In this document: in pieces, positions 1 to 13,307 of the stretch | Layout: each line of letters starts with the position of its first letter | Position numbering within the stretch: the first letter of the stretch is position 1 | Assembly: GCA_963693365.1 (NCBI GenBank) | Contig: CAVNZM010000007.1 | Coordinates: 11,033,962-11,097,961 of the forward strand | DNA: 64,000 bases | DNA from: Amoebidium appalachense | Lineage: Eukaryota > Protista > Ichthyosporea | Direction: 5' to 3' | The notes under the pieces: model-generated | The model's input: the letters and a program-made list of their open reading frames with translations, nothing else | What the model was told of the DNA's origin: nothing | Databases searched by the model: none | Translations under genes and position numbers: made by a program

Positions 1-769
1 GACAGGTTGATGCGAGCACAGATGGTCCGTATAATCTGGCCGACATTGTGGCTGTCGTCTATCAACACAGTGCGCTGGGACTCGTCCATCAAAATGACCT
101 TCAGCGGTCTGTGCTTTTTCTTGTACTCAACAAGAACCTGCAGAGAACATTCGCCATGAATTAGTTTGCTGAAGGCGAAACAATAGTTGGTAGCTGGGTT
201 CTGCATAGTTGCTAACCTAGGAGGACAATAAAAGCCAACTGCTAGGGCACTTACCCCATTCTTCATGTCGTAATAGTCCAAAGTGCGGCCTGGGTTCAGC
301 CATTTGCCTCGGCGGTAGTCCTCATCCGGAAGGAACAACCCGTGGTCGCCGCCCCCGGCAGACTCGCCCAATTTCTCTTGGATGTCTTTGCAGGCATCGT
401 AAACTATCAAAGACCCGTCAAACTGTGGGGGGAAGGGGGGGGGGGGGGGGGGGGAGGGGGGGGGGGGGGAGGGGGTGCAGTGAGAAAAAACCGAAAAACG
501 TGGGGGAAACAAAGGGTTGCACGAAAATCACTTGATCTCGTGAGGCGCGTGTACTACTTCATCCAGCTTACAAAATAAACAAATCAAGCTGTTCCCTGCA
601 CGTTCTCGCAGAAACCCACACGCGAGTACACCCCAGGCAGTAACTGTGTATATCTTCCCTTTTTCGTTTTTCTTTTTTGAAACAGGGCCAAACTGAAAGG
701 GAAACCCACCTGCATAGACCTAATGGCATTAGTGTCTAGCACCTTGACTCTTAGCGTTATCATCACCAT
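1..769 (-). CDS. TLN: Talin, N-terminal F0/F1 FERM subdomains (5' part; gene continues beyond the window start). Exons 769-710, 422-255, 137-<1
   Basis: Spliced translation with GT-AG introns: MVMITLRVKVLDTNAIRSMQ|FDGSLIVYDACKDIQEKLGESAGGGDHGLFLPDEDYRRGKWLNPGRTLDYYDMKNG|VLVEYKKKHRPLKVILMDESQRTVLIDDSHNVGQIIRTICARINL. This closely follows the talin N-terminus as I recall it (MQFEPSTMVYDAC...GLFL...LDYY...EYRKKQRPLK...VDDS...TICARIGI). Confidence 0.93.
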
Positions 770-1638
770 TTTCGGTTTTCTGCAGGGGAAGAACAACGTC
801 AGATCCGAGCCCCCATATCCTGCAGACAAGGGTGGTTACAAGTGGAACACTATGTATGTATTCACCTGCAAGTAACTATTCTCGAATGTCAGCAAGATCC
901 CTCTAGTAGCCAGCAGGCGCGCTACCTGTCATGTCCGTTTTTTCTACCACACGTGTGTCTCACTAGCTGGGCCCAGGTTGGTGCCCCTATCTCTCTGTCT
1001 CTCTTGTTGCTGTGTGTGTCTGTCTGTGTGTGCCCCCTTCGCATTTGCAGCTCCCCTTTGTTGCCAACTTGCAGCAGTTACGCCCAAGGCACACAGCCAT
1101 TGGTTAAAGGTCATGCATTTAAATGCACTAGCCTTATTAGGCAGGTATGTTGCCCCGCACTTGATTGGCCCGCGGCCTGGTCTCAGGCGCACTCCAATCT
1201 CATTGGCCCAGCCGGCACTACGCGCTCAGGAATTTGAAGCAGCCTGGTGGCTGCCGCCTGCCGGCCATCGATATGGCCTCTGCTAAGGGCCTGCCACTAT
1301 GTAGTGGCAAAATGAGCACATATGTTATGTACACGTAACGTATTTGAATTACATATTCATAAGAATTACCAAGAGTTTCTTTTTTGAATTATGCCTCTTA
1401 ATGCTGGAACTTGCCGGCCCGTTTCCATGCATTTACACACTGCAGCTGACGCCTATGTCGACTGCTGACGTCATGCACGTGGCACCGTGGCTCATCATCT
1501 CAGTCCCAAAGTCATTGTCACCGCCAAGGCCACTTTTCTCTTTGCAGTCGTTAGGAGAGAGGGCCGGCAGGAGGAGCGCTTACAAAGCCCCGTTTCTTTT
1601 TCTTCCCGACCACTTACAGTCTCGAGGGCTCTGGCGCC
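770..1638. promoter_or_regulatory. Divergent (head-to-head) promoter region between talin and the LETM1-domain gene
   Basis: 870 bp between two divergent ATGs. It is CpG-rich, carries several CCAAT/ATTGG boxes (~1098-1206) and has a TGACGTCA (CRE-like) site at ~1467. Confidence 0.6.
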
Positions 1639-2732
1639 ATGCTGCTCTCTACCGTGGCCTGCCGCCAGGCAGCACAGGCGCTGGCCCGTCGCTGGCAGCA
1701 GCCGCTGCGTACAGGGGCGGGAGGAGCAGCAAGGAGTGTGCTGAGGGGTGTACGTGCACTGAGCACGCAGCAACAGCAGGTGCCCGAGAAGCTGTCGCTG
1801 CTGCAGAAGGTAACAGGGCTTGGAGTTATTGTGGATGAAGGATGGGGAAACGGGAGTAACAGAGATGGCCGGGCCACACAGGAGGTGGGGGGAGGGGGCG
1901 GGGAGGGGGGGAGGGGGGGGGGGAGGGAGGGGGGGCTGGTGCTAAAATGAAGTAAACGCAGGCTGTGTGTGGAAAGCAAAGTCAGCCGAAGGTGGGCGAG
2001 CTATGGAGATAAGCGGGGGGCAGCGATCCAGCGCTAGGAATGGGTAGTGTGGAAAGGAGAAAGGAAAGCAAGGTACATGACCAACTTGTGGGAAGAGGGG
2101 TTAGGAGTAGGTGCAGTAGGATTTTTCGGTTGGAGGGGGAGGGGGGAGGGGAGGAGGGGGAGGAGGGGGGCAGTAGTTACTCTCGGCGGTTTGGTGCGCC
2201 GAGGGGGGGGGGGGGGGGGGGGGGGAGGGGGGGCGGCACTGTACTCTGCTGAAGAAAGTGGGTACCTAAGCATGGACAATAATATCGGAGGTGGGTTGGT
2301 CGTCACAGCAAACGATAAGGGGAGTCAGGCCGGCGCCTGTTGGGCGGCCTAGCAACACACATGGGTTTGGCACGTCTTATTACGTGCACTTGTGGCAGTG
2401 AAAGTCGTTGCTATTGTTTGATGCGCACGCGCGCGCACACACACACACAACACACACACATCTGCACGTACACATACCCCCCCCCCCCCCCCCCCCCTTC
2501 CACTAACCACACACAGGCAAGAGTATACACAAACCAAAACGCACGAGGTCACGTAGCCCTCCCCCCTCCCCCCCCCCCCCCCCCCCCCCCCCCCTTTCCC
2601 CCACTTCAATCTGCATTGTGCTGTCCGTTATGCACCACTCTATAACACGTTCTACCCCCCGCCCCCCCTCCTCTTCCCGCTCCCTCACCCCCCTCCAGCG
2701 CACGCCCGTCCACCTGCCTGCCCGCTGCCGCC

Positions 2733-2802
<70 letters not shown>

Positions 2803-3174
2803 GCACAGGCCAAGAAAATGGCGCGCAAGTACATAGACGGCACCAAGCTGCTATATCGCAACGTGGGGGCCGCAAGGGCGCTGCGGCAGCGGCGGGCCAG
2901 TGGGAAGGCGCTGAGCTACAGCGAGGACCTGTTGGTGGCCACCACGGCCGCAGACGTCAAAAAGGTCTATCCCTTCCTGGGTATGCAATGTGGCCCTAAC
3001 TGCCTGTCTGTGCCCTGTGTTGTTGATGGTTTGCTGCCGAACATGATATCACGGTGACTTCTGGGTGGCTGGTGGGCTGCACGGTGGCAGATGAGTTGAG
3101 TCCGTAGTTGATAATAATAATAAAAAATGTGGGTGTGTGTGTTTGTGTGGGGGGGTGGCTGGGTTGGGAGGGGA

Positions 3175-3220
<46 letters not shown>

Positions 3221-4242
3221 CTTGCTGGAATTCGAATAGGGATGGGCTGGTGCATGCACATATATGCATGGCATGTGTACTTAGGGACTGTCGGGGAAGA
3301 AGGGGTGGCAGGGGGAAGGGGGGGGGGGGGTGTCGTGTTCAAAGGGTTTCTTTTCGCAGGCCCAGAGTTATTGGCGTAGCCACCTTATCGGAAGGGGCGG
3401 GGGGGGGGGGGGGGGAGGAGGAATTAGGGTAGGGATGCAATATTGGTAGGGGCATGTGTATGGGTGCTGGTGATTGGTCTATCGTGGGTGTGGATGGGGT
3501 GTTGTTCTGGTATGGGGCGGGAAGGGGGATGGTTGGGTTTGATAGGCATGAGCAGTGGATCGATTGATTCGAAGAAAGAAAGGGTGGGGTCCTATGCTGT
3601 GGGGAGGAGGATGGAGGGGCATGTGTGCTGTGTGTGGGCCTATGCATGTGCTGACACGTTGGGCAGCCATGTACATCTTTCTGCCCGAGGCACTACCACT
3701 AGTGATCTACCGGTTCCCCTCGTTCCTGCCGTCCACATACGAGACACACGAGGAGGCGGTGCAGAGGTGGGCCGTGCTGGACAGGAGGAGGGCAGAGGAC
3801 ACAGTGGCCGTGCTCAAGGTGTGTGATAGGGCCATGCAGGGTGGGGGGGGGGTGGGGGGGGGGGGGTACATGTGGTGTTTATGTGTGGGGAGGGATGTGC
3901 CCCGGGGAGGGGACTACAAGCCGTGTGTGTGTTTGGGGGGATAGGAGGGAGGGGGGGGGGGGGGGAGAAGAAGGGGGAATACGTATTGCATGTGTGTGTG
4001 TGTGTGTCTAGGGGGGATGGTGTAGTCAAGAACATTTGGGCAGGTTGTGTGTATGGAGTGTCATTCGGGACATACGGGGACCGGTCGTTGTACCTATGCA
4101 AGGCCATGCTAGTGTTCTCTTTGAGGGACGGGAGAGGTGGGGGGCCAGGTAGGGGGATCTGTTTTTTTAATTTGCTGCGGTGATTGATTTGGGAGGGGGG
4201 GAGGAGGAGACTGAGGGGCACATACACATGCACACATGTACG

Positions 4243-4291
<49 letters not shown>

Positions 4292-4568
4292 TACTGTTTG
4301 TGTGCCTGTTAGCCGCGTCTGACCCCGTGCAGGGCACAGGGCTATCCCCGGCCGAGCAGACGTATCGGCAGCTGATGGCTGCAGCCGTGGGCCCCAGCAG
4401 CCTGGCCGATGCCTGCCGTGCTGCTGCAGAGGTGCTTGCTGGGGGGCCACTGCCGGTGGACGGCCTTGCCCGCCCATGGCTGACCCCCCTCTGCCACTCC
4501 CTGGCCCAGACCTCCTCTCTGCCTGCCCCCATGCTCAGGAAACGAATTACCAAACGTCTGCAGTATGG

Positions 4569-4601
<33 letters not shown>

Positions 4602-5395
4602 TTGGCCCGATAGTATATAACGTCTGTGGGTGTGACAGGCCACCGTGCCCCTGCATGGTCGTGCACTAAGTCACTGCTGGGTTGCCCCCCCTTCCCCCCC
4701 CCCTCCCCCCCCCCCCCTTCTCCCCTCGTCCAGTCAGCAGACAAGCGTACACCCACCCACAGGCACACACGTACTACACACAAGGACACACACACACACA
4801 CATGACACTCATGCAAGCACACATATACAGATGCATGCATCTACACAAAGATTCGCACACACACGTACACACAGGCACGCATACACCCCCGCGCGCGCAC
4901 ACACACACACACACCCCGCACACGCACACGCACACGCACACGCACACACACACACACACACACACCACAACACCACACCACACCACACCACACCACACAC
5001 ACACACACACAAGTGTACGCCTGCACACAGCCCCATCCATGCAGACACCATGAGCAGGCACGTGGTCACCATATTCCTGACACGTGCCGTTGCTGACGTG
5101 TGGCTGCAGGGAGCTAGCCGATGACGACCAGCTAATCAGACAGCACGGGGTGGATGCACTCAGCCCCAGTGAGCTACTAAGGGCCCTGCATATGCGGGGC
5201 CTGAAGGTGGCCAGCGACCATGAGGGGCCTGACAGGGTGGAGGCCATGCAGGGGCAGCTGAGGGAGTGGCTGGACGTGGCTGCAGGTGGGCCCATGCCCG
5301 TGCTGGCTGCAGTGGTGGCTGTGAGGGCTGCAGCAGCACACAGCACACACGGCCAGGAGGTCAGGGCACTGCTGGCTACACAGCAACACCAATGA
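1639..5395 (+). CDS. Mitochondrial LETM1-domain protein (LETM1/Mdm38/LETMD1 family). Exons 1639-1809, 2809-2980, 3667-3818, 4333-4562, 5110-5395
   Basis: Arg/Ala/Leu-rich N-terminal presequence, followed by family-like motifs GTKLLYRNV..., DVKKVYPFLAMYIFLPEALPLVIYRFPSFLPSTY, DGLARPWLTPLC, and DDQLIRQHGVDALSPSELLRALHMRG. All introns are GT-AG with consistent phases. Confidence 0.85.
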
Positions 5396-5796
5396 CATGT
5401 GGATGGGGCACGGGTACACTGTAGTGGTGGTATGAGGGGTGTGACCGTGGATGTCGGCATGCAGTAGGCGCAGTGGACACGGGGTAGACTAGCACCGTGC
5501 AGAGCATGGTGGGATAGATAGGGACATATGAGTGCCCGTGCCTGGCAGGGCCAATGCATGGGTTTGGTGACGGCACGAACGGCACGATGGGCCCCTGCTG
5601 GCCGGGGGCATGGCTGATGGTGGTTGTGGCTGGCAGCCACGGTAGCATTAAAACGAGGTGCTCGGACCAGCCGAGTACCTGCACACACCCAGGCCTGCTG
5701 GGGACACACACACACTAACAGCTATTATGGTGCATTCATTCATTCGTTCCTTCATTCATTCATTCATTCATGCAACACATCTATGGCTTGGTGCGT

Positions 5797-6967
5797 CTAT
5801 TTGCTGGGGCCCACCATGACCACGCTGTCCCCGCGCACAAACAGCTGTTCCACGTGCCGTATGCGCCACACAAACCCCTCGGGTGCCTTGGTGCCGGGGT
5901 TGTGCGGTCGACCTGGACAGGCATATGTATGGCCGGTGTGAGAGCATTGCAATCCGGAGTGCATGGACTGCTTAGGGCTCCTTGGAGCCATGCATGCAAA
6001 TGTGTGCAGGAACCAATCAAAACACCCCAGACTTTACGACAATACATGCAACCACCAATCAAAACCCTTCTTGAGCATGGAGCCAACAACATAAGCGGAA
6101 GCCGTTACTACAGCATCTAAATCTCTGATCTTTCAATAGGCTAAATGCCCGGATCCCTGGTGGTGGTGGTAATACGGTTGGTTGTGTGTGTGTGCGTGTG
6201 TAGGAGTGGGAGGAGGAGGAGGGTATGTGTGGGGGTATGTATAGGGTGCGTGCCGGTGTGTGTGTGTGGGGGGGGGGGGGGGGGGGGGGGGGGGGTATGT
6301 GTGGCTATGTGTATGTGTGGGTTTGTGTGTGTGGCGATGTGTTTGTGGCTGTGTGTGTGCTTGGGGTGTACGGGTGGCTATGTGTGGGGGGGATGCATGT
6401 GTGGGTGTGTGTGTGGCTGTGTGTGTGTGCTTGGGGTGTATATGTGTGGCTATATGTGCGTGGGGTGTATGTACCGATGTTGCCGCCAGCAGCTGTGGGG
6501 TCCCTTGATGGGCCCAGACGGGACACGGGGATAGTGAAGACCTCCTCGCAGTCCACTAGCACCTGCAGGTCTGGGTGAGGCCGTGTGCTCCAGCACATAC
6601 ACATTGAAAGAAAGGGGCAGCACATACAATGCCTTGCAGGGGGCACACTAGAGGTAGGCATCAAGAGAGTAAGGATGGGTGCCCAGGCCAAGGGCATACA
6701 GGGGCTGTGAGTAAACAGTGGTGTGTGTGCACAAGCTGGCACAGACAGGAGCACTCCTGTGTGTAAGTGCAGCCGTGCACACGGGAGGCATGTGTGTGGT
6801 TGCCTCCATGTGCATGTGAGTGTGCATGTCGAAACGCTGGGTGCCGGTCACATATGGAATGCATACACGTGGCTTGTGTGCGTGCTTGTGTTGTTATTGG
6901 GTGGAGATGTGTGCAAGGGAATACTTGTATCAGGTGGTTGTGTGTGCCTGCATGCACAGTGGGTACG

Positions 6968-7022
<55 letters not shown>

Positions 7023-7045
7023 TGTGTCTGTGTGTGGGTGTGTGT

Positions 7046-7128
<83 letters not shown>

Positions 7129-7154
7129 TGGGTGTGTGTGTGTGTGTGTGCGCG

Positions 7155-7226
<72 letters not shown>

Positions 7227-8524
7227 CGTGTGTGTGTGCGCGCGCGCGTGCACGTGCGTGCTAGTGTGTGCATGTGTACACGCACCCATGAGTATGTGTG
7301 TGTGTGTGTGCGTGTATGTATGTGTGTGTGTATGTGTGTGCGGGCTCGACATGCACACATACCATGTTCATGTGCTTGTCGAATGCCTTGAGAAACCCCG
7401 TGCATGTGCCCCTGACCCCTCTTGCCCTGCGTGTGACCACCCTTGTTCGGCAGCGTGTGGTGAAGCACGTGTGCAGGATGCACAGTGGGCCTGAAGTGGA
7501 TGCTGTGCCCGGTCACGTGAGCACACAGATACAGGGAGGTAACACGGGGGCACGTGGTTGGTGTCCATTATTAGCACGTGCTGTGACCTCGGTGTGGCTA
7601 CCCAACTATCCATGCAGCAGAAATCAAAGAAAAGGGAAAGAATGGGTGAAGTACCGACGGATATCGGTCAATGTGCCTGCATGCTCGGAGTCTGTACTTG
7701 CATCCCCCCCCCCCCCCCCCCCTAACTCTCTATACCCCCCCCCCCCCCCCACCTCCCGACCCCCCCCCTCCCCCCCCCCCCCCCCCCCCCCTCTCTCTCT
7801 CGTGCCTGCACGGCCCACGGTCCATCATTGCACCTGTGTGCCTGCCTTTGTATGTCACAAGGGGGGGGAGGGTGTGCTTGTGTGTGTGCGTGTGTGTGGG
7901 GGGGGGGGGGGAGAAGGGGGGAAGGGGGGGAGGGGGGAGACACACCTTCCATTCGTTCCAGCACATTCTTGACCTTCTTGCCCCTGCCTGCACAGCCACA
8001 GTCAGCACACACGTGCAACAGGACGAACGGGGTAGCACTGTCTTTGCGGAGGGGGAGGGGCGTGGGGGCGGGGGGGGGGGAGGTTACAGGCACAAGAGGA
8101 TTGTTGGCAGGAGAGAGCAAGGGCAAGCGAGGTGGAAATTGAGGGATGTTCTGTGAATGGTCAACAAGAGCAGAGGCCCGGGGGGGGGGGGGGGTGAGTT
8201 GGTGGTGGGAGAAGGCGAATGGGGTGGTGGATGAGGGGTGGTGATGCCAGCAAGAGGGAGGGACCCAGAATGCGGCAGGTCAGCAAGTGCACAGGGGCGT
8301 GACCTTTCTTCAGGGGGCCCTGGGCAGGGTTGCTGACTGGCTGGGGTGGTGCTGCTGCCTTGCCTGGTAGTAGGTGGGTGGGGGTAAGAGACCAAGGGGC
8401 AGTGGGTGCACACAGGCACGTCAGAGCCTAATTGTGTGGGTGTGCGAATCAGCACACACAAAGGTGAATCACGGTGCAGGCAACATCCAAGGCTACTCAC
8501 ACTACCGGTGTGATGTGTGTGTGT

Positions 8525-8558
<34 letters not shown>

Positions 8559-9360
8559 GTTTTTCGTGTTACACAGTACCACGTTCTAATACACATCGAA
8601 CACAGTAATGCAGACATGCAAAAAGGGACATGAATGAATAAAGAGAAAAGTATGGGCCATAATCAGGCACCAGCAAGTTATCCGACACTAAGCAATCGTC
8701 AAGAAATTCATCTTTCTTGTATCTATCTGTTCATGTGTGTGTGTGTTTATCTGTGCATGCAAGTGTGCTTTTTGCATGTGTACGTGTGTTTTTATGTGAA
8801 GATGTGTGCGCGTGTATCCATGCACATCTGCGTTCTTGCATGTATACCTGTGTGATTGAGTGCCATGTATGCCTGTGTGATTGAGTGCCATGTATGCCTG
8901 TGTGATTGCGTGCCATGTGTGCCTGTGTACATGCACGTGTTTGTTTTGTGTGTGCCTATGCTTGATTATGTGCATACGTGTGCATGTGTGTGCGCTGTGG
9001 CCGCACCCTGATCTTCGGCAGGCTTTTGCTGCTGCTTTGCCGTCTTCTTTGAGCCAAACAGGGCAGCGCCAACGGCCGCAAGGTTGTCCATCGGCGCTAT
9101 CTGATTGGCTGCAGGTCAGTGCCCATCACCCCCTTTATGTTAACCCACACACCCTGCACGTGGCCATGTGAACAGTGTTGATCTCACACGTGCACTTGTG
9201 CGAAGCTAGAGGGTCAATACATCAATGTGCCCTCACACACACATGGGCAGTGCACGGGCAAACCTTTGGGAAGGGCAGGGGCAGGTTGGGGGTCTGAAGG
9301 GCCTTCAGGGGGTCAAAGTGCTCGCTGGTAAAGTCTAGGGTGGGGTCGGCCTGCTGGTAG

Positions 9361-9410
<50 letters not shown>

Positions 9411-11390
9411 CGCGCGTGTGTGTTGGGGGGGGTAAGTTCGTGTGTGTGAGTGCGGGGAGGGAGAGGGGGGGGGAGGGGGGAAGGAGGGGAGGATGAAGGT
9501 ACTAATGGGGAAAGGGGGGGGAGGGGAGAGGTGGTGTGTATGTGTGCATGGTTTCGAGTGTGGGAGTGGGATGGGAGGGAGGGGGGGGGGGGGGGGGGGG
9601 GGGGGAGTAGGAACGGAAGAATGGGAGGAGGGGGAAGGAGGAAGCATAGCGTCTGTGCGTGCGGGTGTAGGAGGGCAAGAGGAAGAAGGGGGCAGAGGGG
9701 GGAGGGGGGGGGGGGGGGGAAGGGGGGTTGCGGGACTCGGAGATGAGGTGGGGGTGGGGGTGGGGTGGAAAAAGGGGGGAGTGGGGGGGCCAAGGACATG
9801 ACAACGTGCAGAAAAATACGTCTGGGAGGGTGTGCTGTGCGAAAGGGTGTGAGTGTGTGTGTGTGGTGTGTGCTTGGTGGTGGTTGTGATGGTTGGTGGT
9901 GGTGGGCGGGGGGAGGGGGGAGGGGGGGAAGGGGGGGGAGGGGGGGGGGGGGGGGATGGGGAGGGCAAGCAAGAAGCAAGGGAGGGGGGAAGGGGAGGCA
10001 GGTAGGGAGTCGAGGGGGAGGGGGGGGGGAGCTGTGTGTGTGTCCCTGTGTAAGTTGTGTGCATAGAATATTGCCCATATCTCATCTACCCTTATGCTTT
10101 CGATGTGGTAGACCGCACTCTTCTGGTGTGTCAGAGGAAAAGGGATGATTGCGAATAAAATAGGGCTGTGTCGGGGGCAAGTTGGGAAGGCCGAGAGTGA
10201 GGGGGAGGAAGGGGGAGACAGGGAGGGGAGGGGGGAGGGGGGGGGGGGGGCACGTGCTCGAAATATTCTATTGTGATTATGTACATAGGCATTCTCTGCT
10301 GCTTTTTTTCGAACTGTGATGGATGGGTGGTACCTAGCGACAAAGGGAGCGCCAAATTTACAAACAAGCTTACAACAAGCATTGGTACATACACAGCAAA
10401 AGGGGAAAGTCTAAGTCACAGTGCAGGTGTATGGGTAGGTAAGAAAGGGTAGCCGGAGAGATCGGGGGGAGGCAAGCGGAAGGGGGGAAGGGAGGAGAAG
10501 GGGGGGGCAGGAGGGGAGAAGGGGGGAGAGGGGGGGAGAGGGGGGGGGGGGAGACCTGTGTCAGCAGCTGCTGCCTTTGTGGCTGTGGCCTGGCTCCCCG
10601 TGGCCTTTTGCCCCACTCCCGTCTCTACGTGGCCACTTATGGCCCTCTCTTCGTTCCCCTGTGACTGGCCCCTATCCCTTCTCTCCCCGAGTGAGTTTCC
10701 TCTTGCCTCTCCGCCCTCTCCGCCAGTCCTTCCCTCCGACCTATTGCCACTATTTCTGTCGCCTGTGCGCTGTCCCTCACTTCCTCTTTCCCTTCTAGGC
10801 AGAAAACTATGGTCGCTCCCGGATCGCCTTTTGTCATCATGTTCAGCTGCCTCGGGTCCTCCGTTCCTTCCGCCTGTGGATTCGCTCCTTTCCTCCCTCC
10901 TTCCCTCCCTCCTCTCCTCTTTTCCAGCCTCCCCCCTCTCTTCCCTTCTAATCTCCCTTCTATCCTCCCTTCTATCCTCCCCCCTCTCCTCCTTTCGTAT
11001 ATCCCTTCTATCCTCCCTTCTATCCTCCCTTCGTATCTCCCTTCTATCCCTTCTATCCTCTCTTCTATCGACACTCGAATCTACCCTTCTATCGTCCCTT
11101 CTATCTCCCCCTTTATTGCCTCTTCTATCCTCCCCTCTATCCTCCCTTCTATCCGCCCTTCTAATGTCGGTTTTATAGTCCCTTCTATTCTCCCTTCTCT
11201 CTCCCCTCGTGTCATCCTTCCTTTCTCCCCTATTATATTCCCTCTCGACGTCTCTCCTCTCCCCTCCCATCTCGCCTCCGGATCCCCTCTCTCCACCCTT
11301 CCTGGCCCTCTCCTGCCTCGGCCCCTTGTCCTCCCACCCTTCCCTGCTGCCCCCCCTACCCTCATCTCTTGCGCTGTGCCTGTCAGCCAT
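5797..11390 (-). CDS. LSM11: LSM11, U7 snRNP-specific Sm-like protein, with a long R/E/D/G-rich first exon (11390-10556). Further exons near 9361-9265, 9100-9008, 8363-8305, 7988-7946, 7507-7363, 6563-6473, 5912-5797 (internal boundaries approximate)
   Basis: Diagnostic segments: LDFTSEHFDPLKAL...PFPK/APMDNL; KNVLERM; GPLCILHTC...RVVTRRARGVRGTCTGFLKAFDKHMNM|VLVDCEE (Sm1); RHVEQLFVRGDSVVMV (Sm2). The Sm1 and Sm2 motifs are split by an insertion, as in LSM11. Confidence 0.88.
8850..8912. repeat. 25-bp tandem repeat (~2.5 copies) in an LSM11 intron
   Basis: Unit tgtgattgagtgccatgtatgcctg, repeated. Confidence 0.75.
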
Positions 11391-12198
11391 GGCTCCTTCT
11401 ACGCACACGGCTTTGCCGATGTTTTCCTTTGTGCCCTCCTGGCAGTCTGACACAGAACTTTCATCAACTAATACTCAGGCGGACGGCGCTAATGATTGGC
11501 CCACTAAGATTTTGGCGCGAAATGCTACGATATCTCAGCCGCATACAGTACGGCGCATAGCCTTCAGCTTTAGGCTACAAGTTCGGGTGTTGGCAATGGT
11601 GGTAGCTATGGCTATTTTTTTTGTGTGTGCGCGTGTGGTTTTTAGAGCGGGGCAATATGGGCATTGCGTGTGCAAGCACAATACTGTACGGGCTTTAAAA
11701 TCCACGTGGTTGGCATATGCATGCTGCGCACTCACCACCTACGAAAAACCTGTGCACGTGTGTTTCACACAACAAGAATGCCCATTATCATAGTCCGCAC
11801 AAATGCCGTAGTATCATACTGCTTCTAAGAGGGGCCTGCATGACCATAAACGCGAGTGCGCTGGTATTTGCAAAGAAGCACGGACATTTATGCATACATT
11901 ATCTTCCCCAATGGCCGGATATCGATGTCGACACACAGCCACGTGCACGTGCAACTTGTTGGCCGTGTGTTTGTATCCGCTTCGACTCCTTTGTACATAA
12001 GAGCTCTTCCGATGCAAAAACTATCGAAGGGAACTACAAATATTATCCAGAGAAATAGGAAAGAGAAAACATTTTGACAAACCAGGCAAGGGAGAAGGCC
12101 ATGGGGAAGAAGTACCACTTGCAGGTTTCCGCAGGAGGAGTCTATTAGTAGGGGGGAATCGGATGAGCGTGGAAGTCGAGAGACTTCAATAGATCTGG

Positions 12199-12261
<63 letters not shown>

Positions 12262-13242
12262 GCGTGTATGGACACCTGTGCCTGTGTGTGCCCGTGTGTG
12301 TGCCTGTGTGTGCGTTACGGTGTGCATCGGGACACTGCGCACATGTTTGCGTAGGCATGCGTTTAAGAGTGTTTGGTGGGGACACGTGTGCCCGTGAATG
12401 CAAAGGTGTGGCTATGGGGCACCGCACAAAACAAATCTCGTGAATCAGATATGCACAGCGGAATAAAGTGTGATGCTCCAAAGAACATAAACCCTGATAA
12501 TCATACTGCCCACTGAGTGGGCACCGGTGCTCGTACGTGTGATCCACGTGGGTATATATTTAGTAAATCCGTCGTCACGTTATCCAATGAGCCCGAAGTT
12601 TTCTAACATTTACCTTCCATGTCTTTAAAAGCACTGTGCGGCAGACATATCAATATCTCGATATCTGTTCATACGATTAATTAAGGTGTTATCCCTAGGA
12701 TTACCTGTTAGAGCCAGCTAGGGCATTTTAATTATTGCCAAACCAGGCATTTGTGTGTGTGTGCAGGTTAGAACTATCCATGATAATAGGCCAGCTTTTT
12801 GCCGCAATTATCTAGTGCACACATTTTTGTGCACTCCTCCTGTGTGTTGGAGTCTGACGGACGATGCTGCCACGTGGAGGAATTTACACATGCTCACGGT
12901 TGGCCTGTGTGTTAGGAAGGGTGTTGTCAATGAGGTGTGGAGGAATTAGGCAGCAGTGAGGGCACGGGGTGGGGGGTGGGGGGTGAAGGGAGGGAGGGAG
13001 GAGGTGGCGGGGGAGGGGTTGGTCTACGGATAGGTTAATGTATAGCCTTTGTACACGTGTGCGTCATTGTGTTTGCCAATGTGGCCATATCGAGTGGATG
13101 TAGAGGTGACCGGCATACTTGGGCCCAAAAAACATGAAGATTGCTGCTCAACGACACCCACTATGAAGCAGACCGAAATGGGTGGCAGGGAACTTCCCCG
13201 AAGGGGTATATGCCGGGGGGGAAGGCAAGGGGAGAAGGGGGA

Positions 13243-13282
<40 letters not shown>

Positions 13283-13307
13283 CTGAGGAGCAGGGAGACA
13301 AGACAGG

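Noticed and set aside
10558-11450. Ser/Leu/Pro-rich + strand ORFs
   Set aside because: Antisense shadows of the purine-rich LSM11 exon 1.
11590-12200. Possible small + strand gene divergent from LSM11
   Set aside because: All frames are interrupted by stops and I found no consistent spliced product or recognisable motif; may be UTR, lncRNA or decayed TE.
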